From positions 11,855,893-11,919,892 of the forward strand of contig MU054187.1 of assembly GCA_013239625.1 (NCBI GenBank): a stretch of DNA of 64,000 nt, read 5' to 3'. The notes below the pieces were generated by a model, which did no database searches, was not told the DNA's origin, and saw only the letters and a program-made list of their open reading frames with translations. Source of the stretch: Lama guanicoe. Lineage: Eukaryota. Below, piece after piece: positions 1-13,069 of this stretch (positions are counted from its first letter, which is position 1; every line of letters starts with the position of its first letter). The position numbers and the translations under genes were made by a program.

Positions 1-766
1 GTCTTTCAATCACTCAAAAGAAAGTATATTAGTAGTTGGTTGATCTTTCTGTGCCTAAATTGTATTAATAAGATGAAATGGATAGTATTTGCTAAAGTAC
101 ATTTATGCGCTTTTAAAAAATATCTCATTTTGCCATAATGATTTGATTCTTACTTTGTCATGTCTCACAGGCAGTAAGATGGTTTTATAAGTCATTGTTG
201 ATCCTCTTAGTTATAGCATTCATGATGTTATCATTTTTATCAAACTACTGAAGTTGAAGACTATTCATTTCAAGGATATCTATTTTTACTGTGAAGATGA
301 TTTGAACTACAACAGTGTGGAAATAAGGGTCAGGTGAAATGGGAGTTAATAACTTTGGATGAGATTATTAGCCATTTGAAAGAACCACTTTAAACTTTAA
401 ATTCTTTCTTGCACAGGCTTATGAAGAAACATAAGTAGAATAAATTGTAGTCTACATCTGAAAATGAACATGAACTAATTATTGTGCTGTTTCAAATCAG
501 CAGGTGTAAATGCATCTCTGTAGGTTTTCATTGTGACCACAAATTAAAGTGACTCCAGTAGGTATTCTATATAAGAAGAGGAAAATTTACAAAATAAAGA
601 GAAATGCTTATGCCAACATTATATAGTATATACATGTCCTGTATGTGCATACTGTAGACATGTAGTGGAATGTGAGGTTGTACTGTAGGTTAGTAGAACT
701 TATCCATAATTTTCTTAGAAAGTATCCTTCAGAAAGTCCTCCCCACTCCAAAGTAGACATTGCTGG

Positions 767-1903
767 TGTCAACTGAAGTAAAATGCACCACCTGTATGTT
801 GAGAGTATGTTTTTATTCAGTGGACTTTCTGAGGACACGATCCCCGGAGGCAGCCTCTCAGATCGCTCTGAGAGACTGTTCTGCTCAGGCAAGGGAGAAG
901 CCAGGATGTATAGGAGTTTTTGCAACGAAGACTAGGTAGTTGGAACATCAGAATCTTGGGGTAGAATAGGTTCTTGCCTCACGCAGTGAAGGATTCAAGA
1001 GCAAGGCATGGTAAAGTGAAAGTCAGTTTATGTAGAGAAAGACACATTCCATGGATGGAGTGCAGTCTGTCTCTCCCAGAAGGGAAAATGGCTTAGGAGA
1101 CACACACTCCACAGGCAGAGTGTGGGCCATCGCAGAAAGGTGAGAGGGAGAGAAGCTGAGAGGTGTGGGGTGGGGTGTTTAAAGTGAAAGTAGATACACA
1201 CTCCAGAGACAAGAGTGCGGTCAACTCAGAAGGTGAGCGTGACAGAGCGAGAGCAACAGGGAGCGGGAGAGCGACCCTGAGGTGCGGGGTTGTTAGGTTC
1301 TATGGGCTCGGTAATCTCACATGCTAATGGGCAGGAGGATTATTCCAGCTACTTTGAGGAAGGGGTGAGGATTTCCAGGAAACACCCCCCCATCCACTTT
1401 GACCTTTTATGGTCAGTGGGGGAACTGACAGGGCCCCAGTGGCCATGAGGCTCAAGGTCTACTGGAGGTCAAGTCTTCTGCCATCTTGTTGTAGCCAGTT
1501 TGTCCTGTCCTTAGTTGCTGTGTCATTCCTTCAGTGGTTGTGCCCTGCCCCCTTTCCTCCCACTTCAAAAAGATTACTGTTAAAGAAAGCCAGATATTCT
1601 CAGGTTAAGGAATTTTGTGCTTTCCTACATGTAGGAAGGTGCCACGGTCTGGGTTCATGGAAATCATTCCTCTGATGTGCACCTAGCTTTATGGGACCAG
1701 TGTCCTGTTCTTCCACATCCTGAGTCCCCTCAGGGGACATTGCCGGGGGTGCTGCAGAGGCCAGGCCACCTGCTTGTGTCCATCCTGAGTTCCCTCCGCT
1801 CATTGTCAGGGGTGCTCACTGTTGGGGCGGCGGCAGTGGCTGATGACTTGGTGGTCGCAGCACCCTTTGTTTATTGATGCGGCTGCAGTACTTGTCATTC
1901 ACA
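767..1903 (-). mobile_element. ERV1-type solo LTR interrupted by a second LTR
   Basis: Starts TG (767), ends CA (1903), flanked by 4-bp TSD CTGG (763-766, 1904-1907). Outer sequence breaks at ...ggaacatca (950) and resumes ...aaaagattactg (~1568). Related to the element at 63,067. Confidence 0.75.
951..1567 (-). mobile_element. Nested LTR element inside the 767-1903 LTR
   Basis: Inserted block ending in ...cacttca, with three internal 'agacacacactcca..gagtg' repeats; left end lacks a clear TG or TSD. Confidence 0.55.
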
Positions 1904-2221
1904 CTGGGAAGTCCACATTAGGATCTGTTGCAGGGGGGAGGAACTTTCCTCTTATAATTTACATGAACCTCACTAAGGTATGAAAGGCTCTAATCAATTG
2001 TTCATTTATCAGTTTCAAAATTCTGCCATATGTGTGTCCTCTGTGACAAGTGGATGGGCTCAGAACCACTGGAAAATGACAGAAGAAAGAGAATTGTGTG
2101 CTGTTGTGTTACCGTGTGCTGGGCAATCGTGGGGAAGGCCAGGAGGAGGGGGAGAAGTAGAGGTGGAAGGTAGGAGAGCACAGGAGACCAATTTCTGTAC
2201 CACTGCCCAGAACACGGCTTC

Positions 2222-2746
2222 TGTCACCGAACTCAGGCCTGGCTGCTCACCGCTCAGAAATCACTACTCAGATGAATGGTGGTAGAAAGGAAAATTGCGT
2301 TTGATCAGAATGCCAGTAATCTGGGGGGATGGTGGATGCAGTGCCCCCAAAAGGCCATCTCTGAAGATTCTACTTGGATTCTATGGAAGTTTAGAAGGGA
2401 AAAGGGGAAGTGATCTTAGTTAATCCCTAGGTGGGCAGGTCGCCACCACCCCCATGCCTGCAGGCTGGTCGACTTCTTGTTATTTTTACTTAGATGCTGT
2501 CTTGTTCACACAGTTCTCGAGATTACTGACGGGAAAGCTAGGGACAGATCTGGTCATGTGTTAATTGCTTCTCCATTCCTACTCCTTTGATCTGCGGAGA
2601 CAACCAGCAGGTTAGGCAGCGTATCCTGTGATCAAAAGATGTGCAAGGTGTGCTTGGGCGGAGATGTGTAGGGAGTGGGGGCGCCGGTGTGAGGGCAGTG
2701 ACAAGACAGGGGCTCGTGCGGAGAAAGCTGCCGAAAGCTTCTTACA
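2222..2746 (-). mobile_element. ERV1-type solo LTR (525 bp)
   Basis: TG...CA termini with exact 4-bp TSD CTTC (2218-2221, 2747-2750). Confidence 0.8.
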
Positions 2747-3698
2747 CTTCCAGTGCTACCTGTTCCACGTGGAAATTAGCTAGCTTGATCGCCTCTTGGT
2801 GTGTTTGAAATGTATTTGGTACGCTTATTTGAAGAAAATAAGAGCTTGTTTGTAGGCTGTGCTTGTAGTTTACTGATTTGTCCATTTAAACATCAAAATT
2901 CTATAAAATACAGTGATTTGTATGAGTGATTAAAAAATCCCATGTGGCTTCCTTATAGAAAAACAAAGAAAATATATTGTTTATTCCCAAACATGCAGAG
3001 TCCTGACTTAAAATAGAACCAAATTTCATGTCTATAAATTTAATTTCTGGATGTAAATTAAATATCCTAAGGCAATAATTAGCCATTACTTTTGGAATTG
3101 CCATACCAACTGATCTACTTAAACCAAATGAAATCTTTCTACAACTTTTGCCTAGAGATAAATCATTTATAAAATACAGGATATTTTATCATGAAGTAGG
3201 AGTAATTCAGGTAAAGTCAACTGTATTCAGCCTTAAATCATTTATTGCTTGTAATGTCAACTCTCTGCTGTTAAGGAGCTTACCTTGTAATCACGCTAGC
3301 CATGGTCCAGAATAATTAAAAGAAGAAAAATGATGTATAGTTCTCTTTTAGAGACCATTTTCTCATGTTCTGATCATTTTTTTTTAATTCAGCATAATTA
3401 TCTGGTGAATTTTCTTCTCTCTGTGTGTACCAGAGGAGGCTCTCAGAGATGAAGATGCATGTCTCTTAATATTAATCTTGTAAATAAAGTTAATTCTTTC
3501 AAAAAAATATTGATTGAAAGACTTCTCTCTCCCAGGGAACTCTTTTAAGTATAATGACAATTAGAAGAACGATCAGAAACAGATCCTGGCCTCGAGGCAT
3601 GGTTGATTATAGGGGACACAACAGTGACAGAGAATGAGAGAGAAGCAGCTGTAAAATAGGCTTCATGCCGATCTTGTGATTTGATAGAATGAGGCGGC

Positions 3699-3706
3699 GT
3701 GTGCGC

Positions 3707-3746
<40 letters not shown>
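3699..3746. repeat. (TG)n microsatellite
   Basis: Direct reading. Confidence 0.95.
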
Positions 3747-3749
<3 letters not shown>

Positions 3750-4494
3750 GCAGAGCAGTACCTTTGCCCTGATGCATGTGTGCTGAAAGTTTTGTATTTT
3801 TAATTTTATATTTCTTCCAAAGGATTAAAACTTCTACTTGTTTTAGTACTTGTTCTCCCCAGCTCAGGGTGTAGAAACAGTCTCTGGTAAGAGTTCCCTA
3901 AAATGCAGGCCTTAACCATACATATTTCAGTTGGTGATACACCTGGGATTTCCTAGTGTATTTTATCTACAGGCTTCCTAAATGATGTAAGTAGGAACAG
4001 CAGTAGGGAAATAGAGTATGAATACATTAATGTTTCCCTGTAGAATAATGAACAGGTAGTACCTGACAGGACGCACAGGTTTCTGAAATAAATATTACAT
4101 CAGTATAACACGTAAATGTTGAAGAAACATGATGACTTAGCAGGAAGGGAGATTCATCAGATGTTTTAATGGATTACCTATACTTTGATTTATGCTGCAT
4201 GAAAGCCTCTACTGTTAGGAACACAACAGTGATAAAGTTTGAGAGATGGTTGTTGTCTCATTGCTGTTTTATTGGCATAAAAATGAAAACATAAAGATTT
4301 TCCAGCTGATGAACATTTAGCTTAAGCGAAAGGGGCCCAGCTTTGCTGACAGACATGTTCCCACTGGTCACCACTGTGCTTCATGGAGCAATAAGAATTA
4401 GGAACAGTTGGAATCAAAGACTGTTAGAGGGATTTTTAAACCTTGATTTTCTTGGAGAGGCCCATTATCTATTTCTTTTTGCTCTGCTTTGTAG

Positions 4495-4654
4495 TTACCA
4501 GCTGACGAGTGGGTACAAGCCTGCCCCGATGGACCTGAGCTTTATCAAACTCACCCCATCTCAGGAAGCGATGGTGGACAAGTTGGCGGAAAATGCTCAT
4601 ATCGCGTGGGCCTGGGATCGAATCCGCCAGGGCTGGACCTGCGGCATCCAGCAG
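4495..4654 (+). pseudogene. RYR2: RYR2-derived exon, 160 bp (Repeat12/RyR repeat region)
   Basis: AG/GT flanked. Encodes YQLTSGYKPAPMDLSFIKLTPSQEAMVDKLAENAHIAWAWDRIRQGWTCGIQQ; recalled RYR2 reads ...AHNVWARDRIRQGWTYGIQQ. Substitutions hit conserved residues. Confidence 0.9.
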
Positions 4655-5597
4655 GTACAGGGGAGTCTAGCTGTACAGTGCGCACTCTGGGGGTGACTTA
4701 GGCGGGGATTAGTATTGTTTGTAACAGGAGATACCAGATAATGACTGCTGTTGACGCTTACATCGTATAGATACCCTAATGTACACATCCACCGAAGCAC
4801 CTGTTCACTGCTGGACTCGGGAGTCAGTTCATGGCCCCTAACAAACATGATAGAACAGTTTGCTGTTATGTTAAATGCCAGTCTCTATGCCTAGAGTTTT
4901 ATGTGTATTTTTTTTCTTTAACTCTTACAACAATTCCATGAAGCATGAATGATTTGTCAGGATCATAAGACAGGCCGTCTTCTTGCTTCGTCAACACCAT
5001 TTTAATCACATTGTAAACTTGGAGCCTGTTTCATAAAGGACAGATTGTGAAGTTTATAGTTATTTCAGTACTCCTGGTATCACCTGGTTTTCCTGGTTGT
5101 TGGAGTTGACTTTATGCATATTTCTCAAGCTGTCTGAGGTCATGGAATGGCTGTCCACACACTGGGTTTTCTCTGAGGAAGAGACAGCAGCCTCATGTTG
5201 TCCATTGGCTCAAAAATCAGAGAGGACGGCTACTAATTAGGCTCTTCTTGTAACAGAGACTTGCCAGTCAGCTTGGCAAGGAAGTGATGTGTTCCCCAGG
5301 TCAACCCGTTGCCTTGTGAAGTGGCAGATGGGAGACGGCTCTCGAGATCCTTAAAGCCAGCTTTTGTTCCTGCTGTTGTTTTCATGTTTTCTCCTTGTGG
5401 AGAGCACCTGCTCTCGCATGGTTAGACCTCCATACTGGTGGTGGTTCAGTACCGCCCGCAGCCTGGGAAGACAAGGGCAGGGGAAGGTGAGGTGTCCACC
5501 TCAGACACTGCAGCCTGCGAGGTGTGTGGTGGCCCTCTCATTTCCAGAAGCTGCTGGTAGCACGTTGATGGGTCACGCACCTGTTTCCTCCCTGCAG

Positions 5598-5745
5598 GAT
5601 GTAAAGAACAGAAGAAACCCCCGCCTTGTTCCTTACACCCTTCTAGACGACCGAACCAAGAAATCAAACAAGGACAGCCTCTGCGAGGTGGTGTGCATGC
5701 TGCTGGGGTTCGTCTACAGCCTGGAGGCGCCCAATCAAGACCACG
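5598..5745 (+). pseudogene. RYR2: RYR2-derived next exon, 148 bp
   Basis: ctgcag/GAT...CACG/gtactg. Encodes DVKNRRNPRLVPYTLLDDRTKKSNKDSLCEVVCMLLGFVYSLEAPNQDH; recalled RYR2 reads ...SLREAVRTLLGYGYNLEAPDQDH. Confidence 0.9.
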
Positions 5746-6544
5746 GTACTGTCCTCTCCCCATCCATCCTCTCCCTATCCGTCCTTGCTGCAGCGTCACA
5801 GCGGGGGCTTTGCAGCCAAGCGTGGGAATGAAAGGGGGAGCCCTGCAGTCTCAGTGTGTAGCTGTGGCCAGGACTTTAGAGTACTCTTCCTGAAGGACCC
5901 TTGAGGGGTTAGGTCATCCCTCAGCAGAGTGGCTCAGGGCCGCAGGGATGGAGGGGAGGAGTTGGGTTTACCTTTCCGAAGAGTCTGTGCGAACAGTGGC
6001 TCTGTAATCCTGATCTTGCCCCAGCCCCCCCCACCCCACCAGCTCTCCTAAGAGGAGCTCGTCTGAGGTGTTCATGGGTGTACACCTGTAGTGGGAGCTA
6101 GTGTTTCCCGAATCTTCATTATACTCTTAAGCATAAGCCATATTAATTAATTAATTAGTGCAATATTTTGCTTTAAGGGGAACATGGTAGAAAGGCACTT
6201 AAGAAATATGTGTTGAATAAATGAATTTTTAAAGGTTCTATAAAGAATACATTTCCTTTAAGATAATACCTTTTAAGAATATGGTTTAAGATGTCAACTG
6301 CTTAATCCTTTGCTCCTGCAGTTTGAGTTGGTCTTAATATCCATGTTTTAAAGTTGGCAAAAATGACGAGTTCTGTGTGTTTCATTATAGTACCTATATT
6401 TTTGGATAGAAAGTTCTTAAAATCTGTGCCAAATATTCTCTAATGACTGATATTTTCAGTGTAGTATGTGTGTGTAAGTATTCAACCTTAAATAGTAACA
6501 GGTAATGTTTAGATAGTGTTTGTCATGCGTAACAGGTGTTTATG

Positions 6545-6700
6545 AGACCTTTACAATTATTTAATCCTCACAGTAAGTCTGTGAGGGTGGTCTATGTATT
6601 GTGCTCATTTTACAGATAAGGAAACTGAGATTCAGAGGTTTCTGTGTCTTTCCATCTAGTAAATGGGAGAGGCAGATCCCAAGCCCAGATTTCAGTCCTT
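6545..6700 (-). mobile_element. MIR SINE
   Basis: Core 'ttaatcctcac...cattttacagataaggaaactgag'. Confidence 0.75.
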
Positions 6701-7283
6701 TGAGTTGAGTCACTAGGTAGGTAGCATCTTGACAGCTCTTAGTAGGTACTGAATCCTTCTATTTGCTGCAAATAAAATTAGCTATCTACTTGATAACAGT
6801 AATATTCATAATCATAATATAACTTCTTGCTTATCTTGAGGTCAGCTTTATAGCTACAAATATTTGGTAGACTTGTATTATGAAGCAGATGTTGCTAGGT
6901 ATACAAGATCCAGAAAAGGTCCCTGTCTTAAAGGATGTGTGGTCCACATGACCTCTGGGATGGAAGCAAATGATAAAAGACTTCTAAGCCAAGACCTGAC
7001 AGCTGGGAAGAGTTCTACAACTGTCTGGTGTAGATTAAGCCCTCAATACTAATTGTTCTTTTTAAGGTATTTTTAAATTGAGGTGTGATTTACATACAAT
7101 ATGGTAAATTTTGACAGTTGTATACATGAGGCACCACCACCCAAAGCTACACGTGGAACATTTTATTCATCACAGGCTTCCTCTGCCCCCAGAGTAACCA
7201 CTTTCTAACTTATGTCGTCAGAGATCATTGCTTATGCTCTTCTTATACTAGACACAAAGGAAATCACTGTAAAATATTTTATC

Positions 7284-9913
7284 TTTTTTTAAACTTTTTT
7301 TTACTGAGTAATAGTCATTTTACAATGTTGTCAAATTCCAGTGTAGAGCAAAATTTTTCAGTTATACATGAACATACATATATTCATTGTCATATTTTTT
7401 TCTCTGTGAGCTACCATAAGATCGTGTATATATTTCCCTGTGCTATACAGTATAATCTTGTTTATCTCTTCTACATTTTAAGTTCCCAGTCTGTCCCTTC
7501 ATACCCCCCACCCCCTTGGCAACCACAAATTTGTATTCTATGTCTATGAGTCTGTTTCTGTTTTGTATTTATGGTTTTTTTTTAGATTGCACATATGAGT
7601 GATCTCATATGGCATTTTTCTTTCTCTTTCTGGCTTACTTCAGTTAGAATGACATTCTCCAGGAACATCTGTGTTGCTGCAAATGGCATTATGTTGTGGG
7701 TTTTTATGGCTGAGTAGTATTCCATTGTATAAATATACCACTTCTTCTTTATCCAGTCATCAGCTGATGGACATTTAGGCCGTTTCCATGTCTTGGCTAT
7801 TGTAAATAGTGCTGCTATGAACATTGGGGTGCAGGTGTCATTTTGAAGTAGGGTTCCTTGATATATGCCCAGGAGCGGGATTCCTGGGTCATATGATAAG
7901 TCTATTCCTAGTCTTTTGAGGAATCTCCATACTGTTTTCCACAGTGGCTTTCTTCGCTTCCCTCTCCAACTCTTAATGATTTAGGTGTCTTCTTTTACAA
8001 TTCTGTGTTTATTCTATTTGGAATTCATGACAGTTATCTCCTTTCCAGTTATGAGTTTCTCATTTTTGTAGCAGCCTGCTTCTTTTCTATTTAGAGTAGA
8101 CCTGTCAGTATTTCTTTTAGCATGGGTTTAGTGTTGCTAAACTCTTTTATTTTTTGCTTGTCTGTGAAGTTTAATTGGGAGTGGTTCCTCTGCTTCTTAA
8201 TCTTGCTTATATCTCTCTGGCACTGTGACTTATGGAGTATCAGTTATCTATTGTGGTCGTTCAGGAGTTTATTTATTTATCTATCTAACGCCTATGCAGG
8301 AATAAAATTTTAACAAAAAAGAGAAAGAGAATTTTAAAAGAAGGGAGAAAAAAAGGTTTGAAAACAGTGTATAATCAATAATAAAAGAGCAATTTGAATC
8401 AGACTAGCAATCGAGTTGAGACGTCTTTTTAAAAACTTTAAAAAAAGGAAAAAAAAGCAAAAACAATACTTGAATCCTGTGTATAATTATAACAGGAGAT
8501 CATAACCAAGAGAAATGAAAATGAAATCAGGTGGATTTTTAAAAATAATAAAAATATTTTAAAAGAAAAATTTAAAAGGGATTAAAACTGGAAGCATACA
8601 GAATTGTTTAAAAAGTAAAAATTAAAAAGGTAATGGAAAATAGAACAGATTAAAAAAAAGATTTTTTAAAAAAGGGGAGATTTTCTCATGGAGACTGTTC
8701 TCTCTTAATGATTTTATTGAGAAGTCTTTCTGTCTTCACCCTGTTTCACGAACTCAGCTTGCTGCTTCCAGAGGCCCTCTGTTGGCACCCCTGGTCTGTG
8801 CTGCTCCCAGTGCCTGTCAGCAAGCAGATCACGCTCCTTCCCAACACTGAGTCAGGTGCTGCTCTCCTTCACGGTGGGCAGGTGTGTCACTCCCCCTCCC
8901 GATGCCGCAGTCAGATGCTGCAGTTGGGCGTTAGGCAGGCAGATTGCACCCTTTCTCAGCACTGCAGTCAGATACTGCGTTCCTGCCAGGAAGGCAGGGG
9001 GCCACCCGCCCTCTCCTGGTGTTGGCTTTCCTGCTCTGTGCCGCTGCCTGCTCCGCCTTGGGTCAGCGCTCCGTAGGCGGGCTCAGGGAAGACCACGGAA
9101 CAGCCCCGCACCAAATCTCAGCTCCTTGTTTGTTTTGGCCACTGGAGTTCTCTGAGGTACTAGGGCCAAAAGATCCTATCTGTCTCGGGCTGTAGACAAG
9201 TCTCTGGCCTTTGATGCTGCTGAGCCCTTAGGTGCAGATTCAGGTTTCGCCCTCCCTGCCTGGGTGCTAAGTGCTGGAGTATATGGCGGCTGTGCCCGAG
9301 CCCCACCTCTCTTCTCCCGAAAACCTTTGGCGGGTTTTCAGAGATAGGGATATGGCACCCTTCCCGCCAGGGCACATCAGCCATGTTGTTTTATGGAGGG
9401 CCCACGTGGTTCTGCCCTGTGCACCCACTCATCCACGGCACACAGCACCCTGCAGTCCCCCAGGGCTGCCTCAGTGCAGCCACCCTAGTCCTCCACCCGG
9501 CTCGGGTGGCCTGTCGCGGCCCCAGCTGCTGGCTTGCGTCTCGGGCTGGGTGTTGCAGGGATCCTCTGTGCCTGTTTAACTTAGTTCTGTCGGTCAAGGT
9601 GTGCTCCGTACATGGAGGTCCCCCCTCTGTCCTGCTGGCCTCTCGGTTGGAGGGGGACCTAGCGAACGAGCGCTATTCTTCCTTTGCCACTCCCTCCCTG
9701 TGGGACCAGCCCACACTGTTTTGCCTTTTCTTCTTTCTTTTTTCCTTTTCTCCTAACAGATTTTTGGTGTCTTTGTCTTTTGAAGAGGGTGATGTTCTGT
9801 TGGTGTTTAGCAGGTGCTCTGGTTGGCTGAGCGGATCCGTGGGTGTGAGTTTTATTGTATTTGTGGGAGAGGGTGAGCTACCAGCGTCTTTCTACTCTGT
9901 CATCTTGGCCCCC
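7284..9913 (-). mobile_element. Young L1 with 5'UTR and 3' end retained but ORF1 and ORF2 largely deleted
   Basis: Minus strand: 5' start GGGGGCCAAGATGAC at 9913, long 5'UTR, ORF1 N-terminus KKQRNHSQL fused to ORF1 C-terminus FTDKQKIKEFSNTKPMLKEIL (~8095-8200), jump at ~7950 to ORF2 C-terminus (ORF 7582..7824 MFIAALFTIAKTWKRPKCPS), 3'UTR and poly(A). Confidence 0.85.
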
Positions 9914-9939
9914 TATCCACATCTATCTCATAAATTTTT

Positions 9940-10830
9940 GTTTATGGTGTGATACGGGTCCAACTTTACACATTTTTTCTTTTATGGTTTGTGTCTTTTG
10001 TGTGCTAAGAAATACTTGTCAGTCCAAGGTTCCAAATATTTTTCTCATTTTTTTCCAGATGTTTTATGATTTTAAGTTCGATATTTAGGTCTATGATTCA
10101 TTTTGAATTAATCTTTGTATATGATTGGAGATGTAGGTCAAGGCTCTTTTTTTAAAACATATGGGCGCCCACTTGTCCAGCACCAGTTTTGGAAAGTCTA
10201 TCCTTTCTCTGTTGAATTACCTTGGCACATTTGCCAAATTTTCACCATAGATACATGGGTCTGATTCTGGACTTTTGATTCTGTTCTATTATCTGTATGT
10301 CTATCCTTTTGCCAATATCACAGTTTATGAATTACAGTAACTTTATAGTAAGTCCTGAAATCAGATAGTTAGAGTACTTCAACTTTGTTTTTCTTTTTTG
10401 AAATTATTTTGGCTATTCTAGGACCTTTGATTTTTGGAATCAACTGGTTGATTTCTACAAAAACGTCTTCTGGGGTTTTAATTGGGAATTGCATTGAATC
10501 TACAGATAAGTAGAAATGACATCTTAATGATATTGAATCTACTGACCCATGAACATAGAATATCTAACCATTTATGTCTTTGAATTCCCTCATCAGTGTT
10601 TCATAGTTTTTAGGGTTTTTTGCTGATTATGGGGTGAGGGTAACGTAGACTGGAAGTAAAAACAGCTTTACTTCTTCCTTTCCAATCTATATGCCTCATA
10701 TTTCTTTCCCTTGCTCTATTGCTCTGGCTAGAACTTTTAGCACAGTATTACATAGCAGTGGTGAAAGGGGATTTCCTGGCTTTGTTTCCAGTCTTAGGGA
10801 GAATGCATTCAGTCTTTCACCACCACTAAC
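9940..10830 (-). mobile_element. Older L1 ORF2 fragment
   Basis: Typical antisense L1 ORF2 motifs (ttttgaattaatctttgtatatg, gcattgaatctacagat, acttcttcctttccaat). Confidence 0.75.
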
Positions 10831-11479
10831 TGTAAACTTCACTGGATCTCAAGCAGTTGTTTACAATTTTACAAATGACCATGCACCCTTTTTATGAAAG
10901 CTGGTTACATCTCTACTCATCAACTTGTAGACTGAGCAGTATTATCCTTTCTGTATTGCCTTGGTTCATAACATTTACATTTTATTTTGTAACTTCAGTC
11001 TTAGATCTACATTTAAGTCAACTTAAACAGTGTTGCCAGTGCTTTCACATTTTCTCTACTTAACCTCTTGGTTAGTGAAGTTCTTTTTAAAATTTTATTT
11101 AGGAAGATTCAGATGAATTACAGTCAAATTCTTTCATGTTGGAAAATAGCTGCTGCTCTTATGCCTGAATGAAGGTTTGTCTGGCTATTTTGCTATGGTC
11201 TTTGTAGACATTCCTCCATTGTTTTCTAGAGTTGAGCATTGTTGTAGGGAAATCCAAAGCTATCCTTTAAAAAATTTTTTAACTCTTCTAGGTGATTTTA
11301 TTATTATAATTACTGCCTGGACTCTCACAGGAATATCCTTTCAATCATTCAAGTATAAATAGTTCATTTAGTGCCTGGAACTTAATCACTTAGTAAATGT
11401 TAGCTCTCTGCTTCAACTTCTTGTTGCATAAAGACCACACTATTTTCCTTTAAGTTCTTTTTTTTTCCAACTGATACGT

Positions 11480-11680
11480 CCTTTTTTAAAAATTTTACTT
11501 TATTGAGTTATAGTCGGTTCACAATGTTGTGTCAATTTCCAGTGTAGAGCACAATTTTTCAGTTATACATGAACATACATATATTCATTGTCACATTCTT
11601 TTTCACTGTGAGCTACCACAAGATCTTCTATATATTTCCCTGTGCTATAAAGTATAATCTTGTTTATCTATTCTATTCTA
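11480..11680 (-). mobile_element. 5'-truncated L1 3' tail (lineage-specific)
   Basis: Near-identical to 7300-7475 (attgagttatagtc...ccagtgtagagcacaatttttcagttatacatgaacatac). Confidence 0.8.
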
Positions 11681-12544
11681 AATTCTTTCATTTAGTGGAT
11701 AACTCTTTCACTTATTTTATGGTAAAAATTTTTGTGTTCCTCATCTGCTTTTTGTTAGTTCTTTTACTTGAATTATTTTTGTATAGATTCTAAGCTGATT
11801 CTGTTTTTGAAAATTATTAATTTCTAAATGAAGGGAATTCTTCCTGAATAAATTAATTTTTGTAGGAGAAATGTCAAGGAAGAGCCAGGGGGCTAAGCTG
11901 AGGTGGCTGTAATTTGAGAAATCTTAGAATCTCTGGAAACCCTTTCCTCAGCATGCTGGCCTATGAGCATTAATTGTCTCTAGTGTAGTGTGATTGAGAC
12001 TTCTTTTTCCTCCATATCCTTGATTCTATTTTAAGTGTTGTTAAGTGTCCATATTTTTCCTTGTCTATTTTCTATACTGGATGTATTTTCTTTCAGCTGC
12101 TCACTTTACATGCCTTCCTGCAGTCTAATCAGTCATCTTTGTTTTGCTCCTTTCCCCCTCACTGGTTTCACAGTTTTGTTGTCACTCATCTTTGAAGGAG
12201 GGTAGTCTGGTCATAACTAGCTATGGCCTCAATAAATTGGAGGAAAGGGACCCAGAGAGTGAGTGGAAGCAACAGACAGTTTCTACCTGGGGCGCTAAGC
12301 TGAGGAAACAATACTTTGAGAAATCTTAGAGTCTGTGGAACCTAAAAGAGCCTCAGAGCACCTTCTAGCATTCTCTCCTAAGGGCTCTGCCTGTGAACAT
12401 GTCTCTACCCGGTGTTTTCAGCATTCTTTGGACCCTCCTTAGGTGAGCAGGATGGCTTTCTTCATAATAACGATGAAGGTTTCTGTGTGTAATGACATTT
12501 CCTTCCTTTATTCACTTATTCATATCTCTCTTCAAAAAGGCACC

Positions 12545-12800
12545 ATAACGTAGTGGTTATGAGCATGAATCTGGTGGCATTCTGCTTAGGTTTGAATTCA
12601 GTCTCTGCCACTTACAAGCTGTGGCTCTGGGCAAGTCATTGAACCTCTCTGTGTCTTGGTGTCCTCACTTGTACCATGGGGATGGTGATAATTATTATTA
12701 CCTATCTCATAAGCCTTTCAGGATTATGTAGATTAAAATTTGTAAGATACCTTGAACAGTTCCTGGCAAAGTATAAGAAGTAAGTGTTTATAAAAATAAA
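12545..12800 (+). mobile_element. MIR SINE
   Basis: 'gtagtggttatgagcatg...tttgaattcagtctctgccactt...gggcaagtcattgaacctctctgtgtc' pattern. Confidence 0.75.
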
Positions 12801-13069
12801 CAAAACTATCTGTGATCACCTGCTGCAAAATCCTATTGCTTATTATCATTGTTCTCCATCCAATCACATAGGCAGACATCTTATACAACTATCACGTCTG
12901 AGTGTTTTTCACTCAGGTTCACATCTTCTGCTGCTAACATGTCAGGAATATTCCGGGGCAAACTCCAAGATGTGCTGTCCTATCCAAGGAATCACTGATT
13001 GAGCTTCTCTGGGCCATATGCTGTTTTTGGGGAACTTGGTCTCCTGCAGTCCTCTGTCAGTTTTGTGTT

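Noticed and set aside
4343..5831. ORFs 4343..4696 and 5364..5831 as standalone genes
   Set aside because: Only the internal AG/GT-bounded parts match RYR2; the rest is intron read-through.
11888..12410. Short diverged direct repeat (gctaagctgagg...tttgagaaatcttaga) at ~11,890 and ~12,293
   Set aside because: Real but short and old; probably internal to a decayed repeat, with no further structure seen.
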